Shown: piece by piece, positions 1 through 9,842 of the stretch
Position numbering within the stretch: position 1 is the first letter of the stretch
How the letters are laid out: each line of letters starts with the position of its first letter
Source of the DNA: an uncultured virus (IMG/VR IMGVR_UViG_3300038805_000372)
Lineage: Duplodnaviria; Heunggongvirae; Uroviricota; Caudoviricetes
Length of the DNA: 64,000 nucleotides
Virus record (IMG/VR): IMGVR_UViG_3300038805_000372
Direction: 5' to 3' (one strand)
Position numbers and translations under genes: made by a program
Notes under the pieces: generated by a model
The model's input: the letters and a program-made list of their open reading frames with translations, nothing else
The model's database searches: none
Told to the model about the DNA's origin: nothing

Positions 1-174
1 AATGCCCAATACCGCCCTTTTATGCTCTTTAATGTAAGTTAATAGTTTGTTCACTTTATTTGCTCCTTTATTTTATCTACATACTCATTGATAACTTGTG
101 CATGGTCTTTAATGTGAATCGCCAATTCGTAAATGGCTTTAAGTATTTCCACAACCACGATATAAAGCGTTTCA
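1..174 (+). repeat. Direct repeat, copy 1 (copy 2 at 50853-51026)
   Basis: 174 nt match with 2 mismatches; may extend left beyond the window. Confidence 0.95.
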
Positions 175-175
175 T

Positions 176-1618
176 CTATAAGCCCTCGAATAAGTCGATT
201 TGGACATACTCGTTTTCTTTGTAGTGTTTTATACGAGCGTTGGCTATCTCGACATAATCAGCATTGATTTCACAAGCCGACCAATTTTGAAAGTTGGCTT
301 TTAGCCCACCGATAATTTCGCTACCGCTACCCGCAAATGGATAGCAAATGCGTTGCTCGTTAGGTGTTTTGAATAATTTTAATATCTTGGCGTTAAGTTC
401 AATGGGTTTTAATGTTGGGTGGTTATTTTTAGCAATAGTTGGCGCAAAACGACCTTCTTTGTTTAATCCTGTTGGTTCGCCTTTGTCCTCACGCATACGA
501 TTAAACACCTTATCTTCTATGTCGTCTAATCCGTTGTTTCTTTCGCCACTATCGACTTTTGGCTCATAAATAAATAAATCAAAGTCAATTTTTTCGTAAT
601 CGCACTTGTGAAGTATTTTAGAGCAACCACCAATGTCGCCATAATTATCTGGTGCTTTACTACTGCCATATCTTGTATCACTTTCGCCCAGCCCTATACC
701 ATTATTTCTTGCTCTTGCGTTTGGTTCTTTGTAATTGCCACCGCCACTCACGCCACTTTGTAAATCTAACCTTTCAGCAACTTGACTATCAATAAATGTT
801 TGTGCTGGGTAGCGACCTTCGACTTCACGATAACTTTCGGTATCGCTTCCTCTATTTGGTTCGCCTCCCGCAAAAGTTCCAACGGGGGCATCATGAATAT
901 TGATTTTGTCCGTTCCCACTCTATTACCTTCAATATCAAGTGCCGAACAAGTAATCGTATCATCGCCATTTTCCATCGCCAAAGTATCGTGAAGCACACT
1001 GCCCGTTTTATTGGGCTTTTTGAATACCATAATCGTTTCGCAAGTTTGCTTTAATGGTGCGACCGAGTATTTATAACCGTCGTATTTTTTGGCAAGTTCA
1101 GTTGATGGTGCTTCTATATTTCCTGAACTTCTACTAAAATTACTTGCCACATTATTATCATCAAACTCAACACTTGGGTAATCTTGACCATTTGGTGTTT
1201 TCTTTTTTCCAATAACTTCTCGTTCAGCACCAGCGTTTTTATCAATCATCTTGCTTAAATCGGTTGCTTTCGGGAAGTTAGAGATGTAATACCAATAAAT
1301 GCTTTGTTGCTCTTGAAAGCCCGCTAACGAGGCATAATACTTGAAAAGTAATAACTGTCTATCCATACCATACATAAGTAAATAGCCACCATGTTTTAAT
1401 GTGCGATACGCTTCGATAAACCACTTTTCCCAAAAAACACCCGTTGGCATTTCCCATTTATTCATAAAATCACTTGCTTTGGCATAATCGACTTTGCCAT
1501 CTTTGCGTATGATTATTTCGCTACCAAGTGCGTATGGCGGGTCAGCAAAAATGATGTCGTTTTCAAAATCGGCTTGCGACTTTAAGAACTCTAAACTATC
1601 TTGTTTAATAACTTTCAT
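176..1618 (-). CDS. DNA methyltransferase, N4/N6 (beta-class motif order)
   Basis: IFADPPY catalytic motif near the N-terminus; HPTLKP and YPFAGSGS SAM-binding motif near the C-terminus. Confidence 0.9.
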   Translation of the reverse strand: MKVIKQDSLEFLKSQADFENDIIFADPPYALGSEIIIRKDGKVDYAKASDFMNKWEMPTGVFWEKWFIEAYRTLKHGGYLLMYGMDRQLLLFKYYASLAGFQEQQSIYWYYISNFPKATDLSKMIDKNAGAEREVIGKKKTPNGQDYPSVEFDDNNVASNFSRSSGNIEAPSTELAKKYDGYKYSVAPLKQTCETIMVFKKPNKTGSVLHDTLAMENGDDTITCSALDIEGNRVGTDKINIHDAPVGTFAGGEPNRGSDTESYREVEGRYPAQTFIDSQVAERLDLQSGVSGGGNYKEPNARARNNGIGLGESDTRYGSSKAPDNYGDIGGCSKILHKCDYEKIDFDLFIYEPKVDSGERNNGLDDIEDKVFNRMREDKGEPTGLNKEGRFAPTIAKNNHPTLKPIELNAKILKLFKTPNEQRICYPFAGSGSEIIGGLKANFQNWSACEINADYVEIANARIKHYKENEYVQIDLFEGL

Positions 1619-1692
1619 CTAATCATCTCCTTTAATATTGCTTCAAAGATATTCACTCTCTCGATTTCGTCTAATAATTGAAGATAAGTCAT
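1615..1692 (-). pseudogene. 25-aa chimeric scar ORF left by deletion of a C5 methyltransferase
   Basis: MTYLQLLDEIERVN matches the small ORF near 52845-52885; IFEAILKEMIR matches the C-terminus of the C5 MTase at 51320. Confidence 0.8.
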
Positions 1693-2027
1693 TTTCCGTA
1701 AAAACCTTTTTTGTTAATGCGATTGACTGCGATTTGAAGTTCCTTGATTAACTTGTTCAAATTGATTTTATTGAGAGTGGTGTGAACTTCGATTTCGATT
1801 GAATTGAGTATTGGCTTAATGGCGTTGCTGATTTCTTCGTGATACCCGTTTATGTGCCACTCAACTTCTCGTCTTTCGACTTCTTCCATCGCCTCATAAA
1901 ACGAAGGTGTATCATACGGGTCAGCGTTGTTATATTCGCCACCTGTTAAATTAGCGACATATTCTTCTAACTCGTCATAATCAACAAACTCTTGACCGTC
2001 ATATTCATAAATTGTTTTTTTGCTCAT
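1689..2027 (-). CDS. Hypothetical phage protein, near-identical to 58208..58549
   Basis: Both share TIYEYDGQEFV.YDELEEY.ANLTGGEYNNADPYDTP. Confidence 0.75.
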   Translation of the reverse strand: MSKKTIYEYDGQEFVDYDELEEYVANLTGGEYNNADPYDTPSFYEAMEEVERREVEWHINGYHEEISNAIKPILNSIEIEVHTTLNKINLNKLIKELQIAVNRINKKGFYGK

Positions 2028-2036
2028 AGTGGTCTC

Positions 2037-2177
2037 CTATTTTGTTTCTTTGAACTTTTTGGTGTAGTAAACTAATGCTTCGTTGACAATAAAATTTATG
2101 CTTCTAAATTTTTTTTCAGCAATTAATTTTATTTTTTCTTTTAGTTCGTCTGGGACTGTAATGTGTATCTTTGCCAT
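2037..2177 (-). CDS. Small ribbon-helix-helix (Arc/CopG-like) DNA-binding protein, 46 aa, not in the ORF track
   Basis: MAKIHITVPDELKEKIKLIAEKKFRSINFIVNEAL... fits the RHH pattern; AAGGAG RBS upstream. Confidence 0.7.
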   Translation of the reverse strand: MAKIHITVPDELKEKIKLIAEKKFRSINFIVNEALVYYTKKFKETK

Positions 2178-2189
2178 ATCTTATCTCCT

Positions 2190-2235
2190 TTATTATACTT
2201 GCATTATACCACAGTGGTATCTAAAAACAATAGAC
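2190..2235 (-). promoter_or_regulatory. Promoter (extended -10) overlapped by a palindromic operator
   Basis: TGGTATAAT on the minus strand; ATACCAC-A-GTGGTAT palindrome at 2206-2220. Confidence 0.55.
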
Positions 2236-2562
2236 TTTTCCAAAATTTTTAATAATTTCTTCCAACCAAGCGATGAATTCATCGACGCCTTTTGTGCCTT
2301 CGACTAATTTATACACACATCCACTCGCAGTTATTTGTTTTTGCCACTTCTTTTGGAGCGGTGTCTGCTGATAGTATGAACCGAGTTCTTTGCCGGCTTT
2401 ACATTCAACAAAAATTAACAAACGATTTACAAAAACCATTCTATCGGGGAAGCCTTTGAGTTGTTTAGGATTTCCTTTGCAATTAAATACGCCTAATGCT
2501 TTTAGTTTTTTTACCAATCGCGTTTCAACTAATTTTTTTTCTTTTGCTTCGTGAGTTATCAT
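2221..2562 (-). CDS. VRR-NUC domain nuclease
   Basis: GFPDR...FVECK...TPLQ motifs; adjacent to the SNF2 helicase. Confidence 0.85.
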   Translation of the reverse strand: MITHEAKEKKLVETRLVKKLKALGVFNCKGNPKQLKGFPDRMVFVNRLLIFVECKAGKELGSYYQQTPLQKKWQKQITASGCVYKLVEGTKGVDEFIAWLEEIIKNFGKVYCF

Positions 2563-3899
2563 ATTGTCTCCTTTTTTAATTTTATTGCGTTTAATAATTC
2601 TTCTTGCGAAATTTCTTTTTCAATGAGATTTTTATAAACATACAAATCGTAAGTGTTTGACATCATCAGATAGTAGATGTTAACTTCGTGATGAGGTTGC
2701 CCTCTCCGCCACACACGCTTATTACTTTGTAAAAATTCAAGCAAATTCCAAGTCAAACCAAACCAAACGATAGTATGACCGCCAAATTGTAAGTTTCCAC
2801 CAAATTTCATACTATGTGGAGATATAACACCCAACTTAATCTTTTTATCGTTCCAATCGTCAACATCGTTCACATTCTCTATTGCGCGCGCGCCTTCTAT
2901 CTTTAATATACGCGTCTTATCAAAACGATAGGGATAAAAAACAAGGACATTATCTTCTTCGTTTTTCACAAAATTCTCTAACCACTTTATCTTTGTATCA
3001 TCAAAAAAGGCATATTCGTCGTCGTGTATATAACAAGCGCCATTAGATAATTGAAGACACTTATTTATCATTGTCGCTGTCGTGAGCGCGGTGACTTCAA
3101 CTTCTTCCCATTCTGCTACAAAATTTTTTTTCATATCATTAAAAATTTTTTGTTTATCCGCCGTGAATTCCAAAAAAATAGGTTTTGTGTTGAGCGTCGG
3201 TAATTTGATTTCGCCCTCGCTAAAACACGCAATGTCTCGGATAGCATTGATGATTTCTTTTTTTGCTCCGTTCTTCATCGCCCAACGATATTCTTTGAAT
3301 TCATAAAAATAGGTATTACGAAAATGATAGAAATTAGGATGCAAACGCTTTCCTTTATCTAAAAGATATATTTGCGCCCATATATCCTGCCAATTTTTCG
3401 GCGTTGGTGTGCCACTTAAAAGATAAATGCGTTGGTCTTTAATTAATCGCGAGAGTTCCTTAAAACGATTTGTCTTGTGATTTTTGTATTCGCTACTTTC
3501 GTCAATTATCAACATATTGTATTTTGAAAAATCTGTGTTTTTTGCTAACCATCCCACGAGATTATTAGAAATTATTGTGATTGAAGAATTTTTTTCTTTA
3601 ATTAATTTTTTTCTTTTCTCAACTGTTCCGTCGATTAAGACAAAATCTATAAAACTAAAATTATCCCATTTTTGAATTTCCTTTTGCCAGACTTGAAAAA
3701 CCTTTCCCACTTGCGAAGGTAAAATAATAAGGGCGTTAATGCTTTCTAACTTTTCAAACATAAGATAGTCAATTAAAGATAAAACGAGTGCTGTTTTGCC
3801 AACGCCCATATCGAGAAAAATTCCGTATGAGCGCTGATTTTTAATTGTCTCTAATACATTTTGTTGTGTTGCTGTTAAGGTTATGAGATTATTTTTCAT
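2559..3899 (-). CDS. SNF2-family helicase
   Basis: LDMGVGKT, IIDESS, LSGTP, GGNLQ and RVWRRGQ motifs. Confidence 0.9.
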   Translation of the reverse strand: MKNNLITLTATQQNVLETIKNQRSYGIFLDMGVGKTALVLSLIDYLMFEKLESINALIILPSQVGKVFQVWQKEIQKWDNFSFIDFVLIDGTVEKRKKLIKEKNSSITIISNNLVGWLAKNTDFSKYNMLIIDESSEYKNHKTNRFKELSRLIKDQRIYLLSGTPTPKNWQDIWAQIYLLDKGKRLHPNFYHFRNTYFYEFKEYRWAMKNGAKKEIINAIRDIACFSEGEIKLPTLNTKPIFLEFTADKQKIFNDMKKNFVAEWEEVEVTALTTATMINKCLQLSNGACYIHDDEYAFFDDTKIKWLENFVKNEEDNVLVFYPYRFDKTRILKIEGARAIENVNDVDDWNDKKIKLGVISPHSMKFGGNLQFGGHTIVWFGLTWNLLEFLQSNKRVWRRGQPHHEVNIYYLMMSNTYDLYVYKNLIEKEISQEELLNAIKLKKETI

Positions 3900-4296
3900 A
3901 CTCTAACATTTGCCTCGTGGTTTCTAAATAGAATCTTGTAAAACGAGATAATACTTCTTCTTTTTCTTTTTTTGTTAATCGCATTTTCTTTTTTTCAATA
4001 TTACAAGTCGCGTCTGTTAGCATAAAACGATACATTTTATCAGCACAAACCCAAGCCTTACGACCATTTATTTCGACCGATACATTATAGTCATTAAAAC
4101 CTTGTGCTTCTAACTTCGCGAATTTTTCATTAGTGCTAATCAATAGCCCTACAATATCGGAAGCGAGTTTATTGTTCACATCGTCTTGTTGAGTATAAAC
4201 GCAATAAAAATAATGATGTTTTAACTCGCCTTGATAATTAAGGTATCGCGCGTGAAATAAATCGCCCGCTTTTATATTACCAGGGAACATCGTCAT
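3889..4296 (-). CDS. PemK/MazF-like fold protein (putative)
   Basis: The pattern GDLFHARY...YCVY...IVGLLIST...WVCADKMYRF...KKMRLTKKEKEEV parallels the MazF/PemK layout. Confidence 0.45.
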   Translation of the reverse strand: MTMFPGNIKAGDLFHARYLNYQGELKHHYFYCVYTQQDDVNNKLASDIVGLLISTNEKFAKLEAQGFNDYNVSVEINGRKAWVCADKMYRFMLTDATCNIEKKKMRLTKKEKEEVLSRFTRFYLETTRQMLEYEK

Positions 4297-7045
4297 AATT
4301 TATTTCCTCACTTTCTTTTTTTTCTTCATTGTCTTTGTTTTCTAATAATATAGATTGAACTTTTGGCTCGGCGGTTGTCGATGGCGTTCTTCTCCAAACA
4401 TATTGCTGTCCTAAAATGCCTTGCCTTTCGCGCGAACCGTCTTTTGCAAACCCGAGCGCTCTAAAAGATTGCTCTATTTGTGTGCGAATATGATAATCAA
4501 TTTGTGTTTTGTTTTCGCGCATTGCTATTGCCCATATTTCTTTAACACTAAATGAATTGCGCAAAGCCCTATGGACTGGCGATGGATATTGCGTTGGATA
4601 TAAATATCGCCAATTTTCTCGCAACGAGTCTAAAGTTTTATTGTCAGTGAAAAAATTATCCATAAATAAATTATTTACATATTGCTCAACATCTGGCATC
4701 GCTTCATTTTCGACAGCGTTCCCAGCATTTTTAGAAGCCCACATACTTGATAATTTCTCATCAAAAGGCGCGGAGAAAGCATAGCCGATATTGTAATAGT
4801 GCATTGCTTCTGCTAAAACTTGGTTGCGTATGTCCTCGCTCCATAAGTTAGTATCATAAACTTTTGCTTTGTGCATAGGCAATTTACTGATAAAAGGCAT
4901 TAAACGGCGCTCGTTTTCTGGGTCTTTAATGGCTGTAAAACTATTAGTAGTGGCAATAAATACGCAACTACGCTTTACTTCTATCGCTCGCTTACCATAA
5001 AATTCGCGGTATTCGTCAGTCGTCGAAGTCATAAAAGCCTTTAAGGTTGCTTGTTCATACTTTTTGATATACTTATCAAACTCGGCAATTTCAACAATGG
5101 TTTTTCCGCGTATAAGGTCATAACCTTCTTTCGAGCCAATAGGCAACTCACTATCCATAAATGAATTTCTTTGATTATCTATGGTAGTAAGGTCGCCGTT
5201 CCAATGTGGCGTTGCGAGAGATTTTCCAAAAACCGATTTACCAATACCAACTGCACCAATCAAAAGGATAGAATAATCGAATTTGGTGGCTGGTTTTAGA
5301 ATTCTTGCGATATGTCCAACGAGCCATTTTTTCGAGGCTTCACGAGTAAAGGCATCATCAGAAACATCAAATAAATCAATAAATAATTTTTCGCATCTCG
5401 GTTTTCCATCCCATTCCGGAAGGTCGCTCAAGAATTTTTTTATGTAGTTAATTCTTTTTTTGTATGCTACCACAAACAACTCGTCATAAATAATGTCTTT
5501 GCCCTCGATTCGATATGGCGGTCTTCTAAAATGTGTGCGAATGTGAATATCATCGCCATCGGTAATACTCTCGCCTATGCCTTTTTCATTATCCCAATAA
5601 GGCGCGCGAGCGAAACATATCGAACCTTTGAGAGTATCAAAGAAGAATAAGTCTTTAAGTCGCGGGTCGTTTTCAAAAATTAAGCGAACATTATCTGCTG
5701 TGCTTAAAATCTTGCCATTTTTATTTCTTTCAAGTTCAGCAAGCCATTCCGCGCCTTTTGGTAAACCACTTCCACCACTACTACTACAAGTGTCTCCATT
5801 TTCGCTACTGTCGTTTGAACTGTCGGTGGAATTATTTTTTTCTTCATCAGAATTTTTTTCTTGTGCTTCGTTTTGCGTCGCGGTCATTTTTTGCATTTCG
5901 GCATATTCTTCATTTGATTTAGCAACTGCCGGTAAGTGTTGGACTACATTTGGCAATTCAAGATTAATGAACTCGACCATTTTAGCAAAGGTTTCACTAC
6001 CGCTATATTCTTTTTTTTCTTCTTCATAATTTGGAATGCCGAACTTATGAATAGCAACAAGGTCAAAAGCGTGTCGTAATTTGCCTTGCGCTGGGTCGTT
6101 TGAATGGTGCGAATAAGCATATTGTGCGTTAATAATAACTAAACCGCCATAAGAACTACCACCAAGAAATGTATATCTCCCGTTTCGTTCTTTTTTATAA
6201 ACATCTGGTAAAAATTTTTCTATCGCGGTGCGGATGTCATACTCTTTATTAAAAGCGTTAACAATTCGATACTTCGTATTAGTGCTGTCTTTGAATTTCC
6301 CTCTTTCAATTACTTCTCGTTTTTTGCCTTCTATCCAATGTGGTCTTTGCCATTCTTCGATATTTTTATAGTCTAAATATAAATTTAATAAGGTTTCTGG
6401 CTCGGCATCAAAAAGGTCATCATTATAACTCTCACAAAAATAATCGCCGTCTATCGAGACTGACGGAAAAAACATAATGCGATTTGGTTGGAATGTGGTT
6501 GCATCAAAAAATTCTAAACCTAACTGCAAAGCAATTTGTAAACCTATCGGTTCATACATTTCAGGTGTAATATCTTTGCTTAACGGAATTATCATACGAA
6601 GTCTCGGCGACTCTACGGTATGAGAATGAGTCGAATAAATAAAAAATCTAAATTGTAATTTTTTTTCTACTTCGATTTTATTTTTTATGATGTCAAATAT
6701 ATCTTTTGGGCAATGGTCTAAATCGAGCGTTATCATATTTCTCGTTAAAATTGAATGGCTAAACCTTTGATTATTGGTTGCTGTTCCCATAATAAAAGCG
6801 CCTTTGTCTTTGCACTTTTGTCTAAATTCTACATCTCCTTTTTTATACTCGTCTTGTGTTTCTTTAGTTCTCACTGCTTTCTCTTTGAAAGTCTTAAACA
6901 TAACTTCATAACTAACTTTTTGTTCTACACCGCTACTATGATACATACTCTTAAACGACAACATAGTAAACTTATCAATTCGGTTTTTTATTTCCATAGA
7001 TGCTCTCCTTTCTACCATACGCCTTTTTTGATTCTCTCGTTGCAA
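4277..7045 (-). CDS. Primase-helicase (primase N-terminus plus VirE/virulence-associated E ATPase); likely start MEIKNR near 6997
   Basis: LDLD and YSTHSH primase motifs; WDGKPR, GAVGIGKS, VEIAE and FIATTN VirE motifs. Confidence 0.85.
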   Translation of the reverse strand: MQRENQKRRMVERRASMEIKNRIDKFTMLSFKSMYHSSGVEQKVSYEVMFKTFKEKAVRTKETQDEYKKGDVEFRQKCKDKGAFIMGTATNNQRFSHSILTRNMITLDLDHCPKDIFDIIKNKIEVEKKLQFRFFIYSTHSHTVESPRLRMIIPLSKDITPEMYEPIGLQIALQLGLEFFDATTFQPNRIMFFPSVSIDGDYFCESYNDDLFDAEPETLLNLYLDYKNIEEWQRPHWIEGKKREVIERGKFKDSTNTKYRIVNAFNKEYDIRTAIEKFLPDVYKKERNGRYTFLGGSSYGGLVIINAQYAYSHHSNDPAQGKLRHAFDLVAIHKFGIPNYEEEKKEYSGSETFAKMVEFINLELPNVVQHLPAVAKSNEEYAEMQKMTATQNEAQEKNSDEEKNNSTDSSNDSSENGDTCSSSGGSGLPKGAEWLAELERNKNGKILSTADNVRLIFENDPRLKDLFFFDTLKGSICFARAPYWDNEKGIGESITDGDDIHIRTHFRRPPYRIEGKDIIYDELFVVAYKKRINYIKKFLSDLPEWDGKPRCEKLFIDLFDVSDDAFTREASKKWLVGHIARILKPATKFDYSILLIGAVGIGKSVFGKSLATPHWNGDLTTIDNQRNSFMDSELPIGSKEGYDLIRGKTIVEIAEFDKYIKKYEQATLKAFMTSTTDEYREFYGKRAIEVKRSCVFIATTNSFTAIKDPENERRLMPFISKLPMHKAKVYDTNLWSEDIRNQVLAEAMHYYNIGYAFSAPFDEKLSSMWASKNAGNAVENEAMPDVEQYVNNLFMDNFFTDNKTLDSLRENWRYLYPTQYPSPVHRALRNSFSVKEIWAIAMRENKTQIDYHIRTQIEQSFRALGFAKDGSRERQGILGQQYVWRRTPSTTAEPKVQSILLENKDNEEKKESEEINYDDVPW

Positions 7046-7764
7046 AAATCGCGGTGGTCGCAGTATTTACAAACTTTTTCGCTTGGTCGATAAACTAATT
7101 TATTCTCGGCTATCTCGTATAATGCTTGTGCTTGGTTTTTATACCACGCGTTAAGTTGTCTTTTTGTATATTCATAAGCATTTACCGAATTGAGAATTGG
7201 TTGTGATATGGCAGTAATGTTTCTCTTGCGCGCGCCGAATTCTTGAATTAACCCTATTGTATATAATAACATTTGGGAATTATTATCAGCGCTTACCTCA
7301 TTTCTACCAGTTTTTAAGTCTATGATATAAAGCACATCTGGCGTAAGAAGCACGAAGTCAGCGAAGCCATATTTTTCGTATCCATAAAATTTCAAATTTA
7401 TTTTTTTCTCAATAAAAATTTTTTTCTCTGGATGGTCATACGCCTTAACTACTCCTTTGACATATTTGAAATAACTTTCGGCAATGCGCCACAACTGCGG
7501 TGTGCATTGAACTTCGATGCTATGGTCTTCATTATAATATGGCTCGTGTCGCAATACCATTAACTCATTATAATTTTGTTCTCCGAAAAAATAACTGCGG
7601 AGCATTAACTCGGCTATCTTGTGACAAAGCGAACCTGTCAGCGTATTTTTATTCTCTACAAAAGGCTTATTGTTATAAAGCAAAGACGCTGTGCAATTTA
7701 ACCAACGCTGTGACGCAGATAGGCTTTGTAATTTTATTTTCTCGTTTTTTATTTTTTCGCTCAT
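7012..7764 (-). CDS. DUF2800 / Cas4-like PD-(D/E)xK nuclease, N-terminal part only
   Basis: LSASQRWLNC, GSLCH, GFAD, IIDLKTG, QMLLY and C-terminal CKYC...C. Confidence 0.8.
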   Translation of the reverse strand: MSEKIKNEKIKLQSLSASQRWLNCTASLLYNNKPFVENKNTLTGSLCHKIAELMLRSYFFGEQNYNELMVLRHEPYYNEDHSIEVQCTPQLWRIAESYFKYVKGVVKAYDHPEKKIFIEKKINLKFYGYEKYGFADFVLLTPDVLYIIDLKTGRNEVSADNNSQMLLYTIGLIQEFGARKRNITAISQPILNSVNAYEYTKRQLNAWYKNQAQALYEIAENKLVYRPSEKVCKYCDHRDFCNERIKKGVW

Positions 7765-7901
7765 TTTTCTCTCTTTTCTTCAAGGAAAGGAGGCTGTTTC
7801 ATTTTTAATGACATCTTTGGTTTTTCCAAACGCTCTATCATTTTCTTATGACATTTAACTTGTGATTAACACAAGCACCATTTACTCTTGATGTTATTTT
7901 A

Positions 7902-8819
7902 TTATTTTTTGTCGGCTTTGACAATACTTTCTAACTCTACCAACTGCGCGTAGGTTAGGTCGCCCAAGAGACTTGCGCCTTTTGAAGCCATAAACTCAAG
8001 TATGGTTTTTTGATGTGTCGAGATAAATTTTTTGATAGCCAATTTTTTGTCGGCATATTGTTCAGTATCTTTATCATAGTCCTCAACATCAACTTTTGGC
8101 GGAAAGGTTGTGGGCGCGTCGTCGATAGCGACTTTTTCGCCTTTCATCATTTCAAGAAAAACATTCGAGTCATCTTCTTCTACAACTGTTTTTGGTTCAC
8201 GGATTTCTGAAGCAGAAACGGTTTCTAATTTTTTTTCAGTTTTAGATTTTTTTTCTATGTTTGGTTTTTCTTTTTTCTCTGCCGTCGTCGCTGGTTTTGG
8301 TTCTTTAATTACTTTCATTTCGTCATCGTCTTTGGCAAATTGGTCTTCCAACTGCTCAAAAATAGATAACCCGATACCACTGATACGCGCTATTAGGCGC
8401 ACCATTCCGCGCTGTTTTGCTGTATTAAGGTCTTGCGCATCGGGTAAGGAGATAATGCGAGAGGTTTGATTATCAAAAATAGGATAATGTTCTTCGAGTG
8501 TCTCCCCCATCCAGTTCGCTGACAAGTGTAAAAATAATGCGCTTTGTTTTTCTTCTTTGGTGGTAAGTTCGCCGTTTTCATCGTAGGCTTGCACCTTTGT
8601 AATAAAAGGCACTTCAAAATTCCACGATTTTACTTCGAATGTTCCACCTTGAAGACGGAATATTCTTTCTACGAGCGCCCAATGGAGATAGCGAATGGTT
8701 TTGACTTGACCTGTTTTGCGAAATTCTTTTTCGATAATTTTGGTCTTGAGCATTAACCCTTCGCAATCCCCTTCGTTAAAATAATTTTTTAGAAATAAAT
8801 CTTTTGCTTCTTGGTTCAT
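7902..8819 (-). CDS. Putative single-strand annealing protein (Sak3/DUF1071-like)
   Basis: YLHWA...EHYPIFD...LNTAKQRGMVRLIA...GIGLSI resembles DUF1071; located in the replication operon. Confidence 0.6.
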   Translation of the reverse strand: MNQEAKDLFLKNYFNEGDCEGLMLKTKIIEKEFRKTGQVKTIRYLHWALVERIFRLQGGTFEVKSWNFEVPFITKVQAYDENGELTTKEEKQSALFLHLSANWMGETLEEHYPIFDNQTSRIISLPDAQDLNTAKQRGMVRLIARISGIGLSIFEQLEDQFAKDDDEMKVIKEPKPATTAEKKEKPNIEKKSKTEKKLETVSASEIREPKTVVEEDDSNVFLEMMKGEKVAIDDAPTTFPPKVDVEDYDKDTEQYADKKLAIKKFISTHQKTILEFMASKGASLLGDLTYAQLVELESIVKADKK

Positions 8820-8840
8820 AATAATTGTTCCTTTCTTATC

Positions 8841-9452
8841 TTAAAATGGAAGTCCATCATCGACAAAATCAAAGCCATCCCAAGCCTTATCGTTTTTGGC
8901 GTAGCCATCGGTCAAATCTTCGCGCATTCCGCATTTAATTCCGCGATGGAAGATAGCGAAGATACCTTTTTGTAGGCTTTCGTCATTGAAATAGGCTTTT
9001 AGTTCAAGTTCGATAGCATATTGTGGTTTGTAGGCATCTTCTTTTTTGATAACTTCGGTTTCAGCAAGGTTTGTGAATAAAAGCGGTTTGTTATTCGCGT
9101 TCTTCGCCCTACAACTAACTGCGATATTCCCCGTTTGGTCACCTGCTTGGTTGACTTCGAATGTAAAGAGCGGGTAAACATTAGGCGCTTTTGGGCTAAA
9201 TAAATCCGCAAAAATAATTTTTTCGCCATTTAATTTTTTTTCAAACACTTCGTTCAAGTTCCTTGCAATGTCTTGTATCATCGGCACGATTTCATTTTTA
9301 TAATCGGCTTTGATACTCCCAGTCGCAAAGTTATAACCTTTGTCTCCATCTCCGTATTTTTCAAAGAGGAATGTGCTTGAATAGAATATCACTGGCAACA
9401 ACAACAGCGTAATCGAATTTTCGTTTTGTGTAATTTTATAATTGAATTTCAT
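8841..9452 (-). CDS. Putative single-stranded DNA-binding protein (DUF2815-like position)
   Basis: Acidic C-terminal DDGLPF tail and gene context. Confidence 0.5.
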   Translation of the reverse strand: MKFNYKITQNENSITLLLLPVIFYSSTFLFEKYGDGDKGYNFATGSIKADYKNEIVPMIQDIARNLNEVFEKKLNGEKIIFADLFSPKAPNVYPLFTFEVNQAGDQTGNIAVSCRAKNANNKPLLFTNLAETEVIKKEDAYKPQYAIELELKAYFNDESLQKGIFAIFHRGIKCGMREDLTDGYAKNDKAWDGFDFVDDGLPF

Positions 9453-9526
9453 AATTTTTCTCCTTTCAATTATTTATTTTTAATAATAACTTTTGGCGCG
9501 TCGTCTTTGTAATTGACTTTCATTTT

Positions 9527-9820
9527 TTAATCCTCCTTCTTGAAAAAGTCAATGTCCTTGAACTTAATAATTGTGTAATCGTGTTCTTGATGAAATTTCA
9601 ATGAACCATACATAATTTTGTTATTTAGTTGAAAATTATAGCAAGTAAATTCTCTAAAATCTTCATAGTTTGTTCTGGTTGTTAGTTTTTTTTCACTATT
9701 CCACTCATACCCTTTTTCATCAAGTGCTTTTAATAATGCTATGGCTTGTTCTTCAGTTGGCGTATGAATAGCGATTAGTTCGCTCTTGGCTCGTTCTAGC
9801 AATTCAGTAAATGTAATCAT
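9527..9820 (-). CDS. Hypothetical phage protein
   Basis: ORF with AAGGAG RBS inside the operon. Confidence 0.6.
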   Translation of the reverse strand: MITFTELLERAKSELIAIHTPTEEQAIALLKALDEKGYEWNSEKKLTTRTNYEDFREFTCYNFQLNNKIMYGSLKFHQEHDYTIIKFKDIDFFKKED

Positions 9821-9842
9821 ATTTTATTCTCCTTATGCATCT

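Noticed and set aside
176..1618. Complete restriction-modification system
   Set aside because: Neither methyltransferase has an adjacent recognisable endonuclease; both look like orphan phage MTases.
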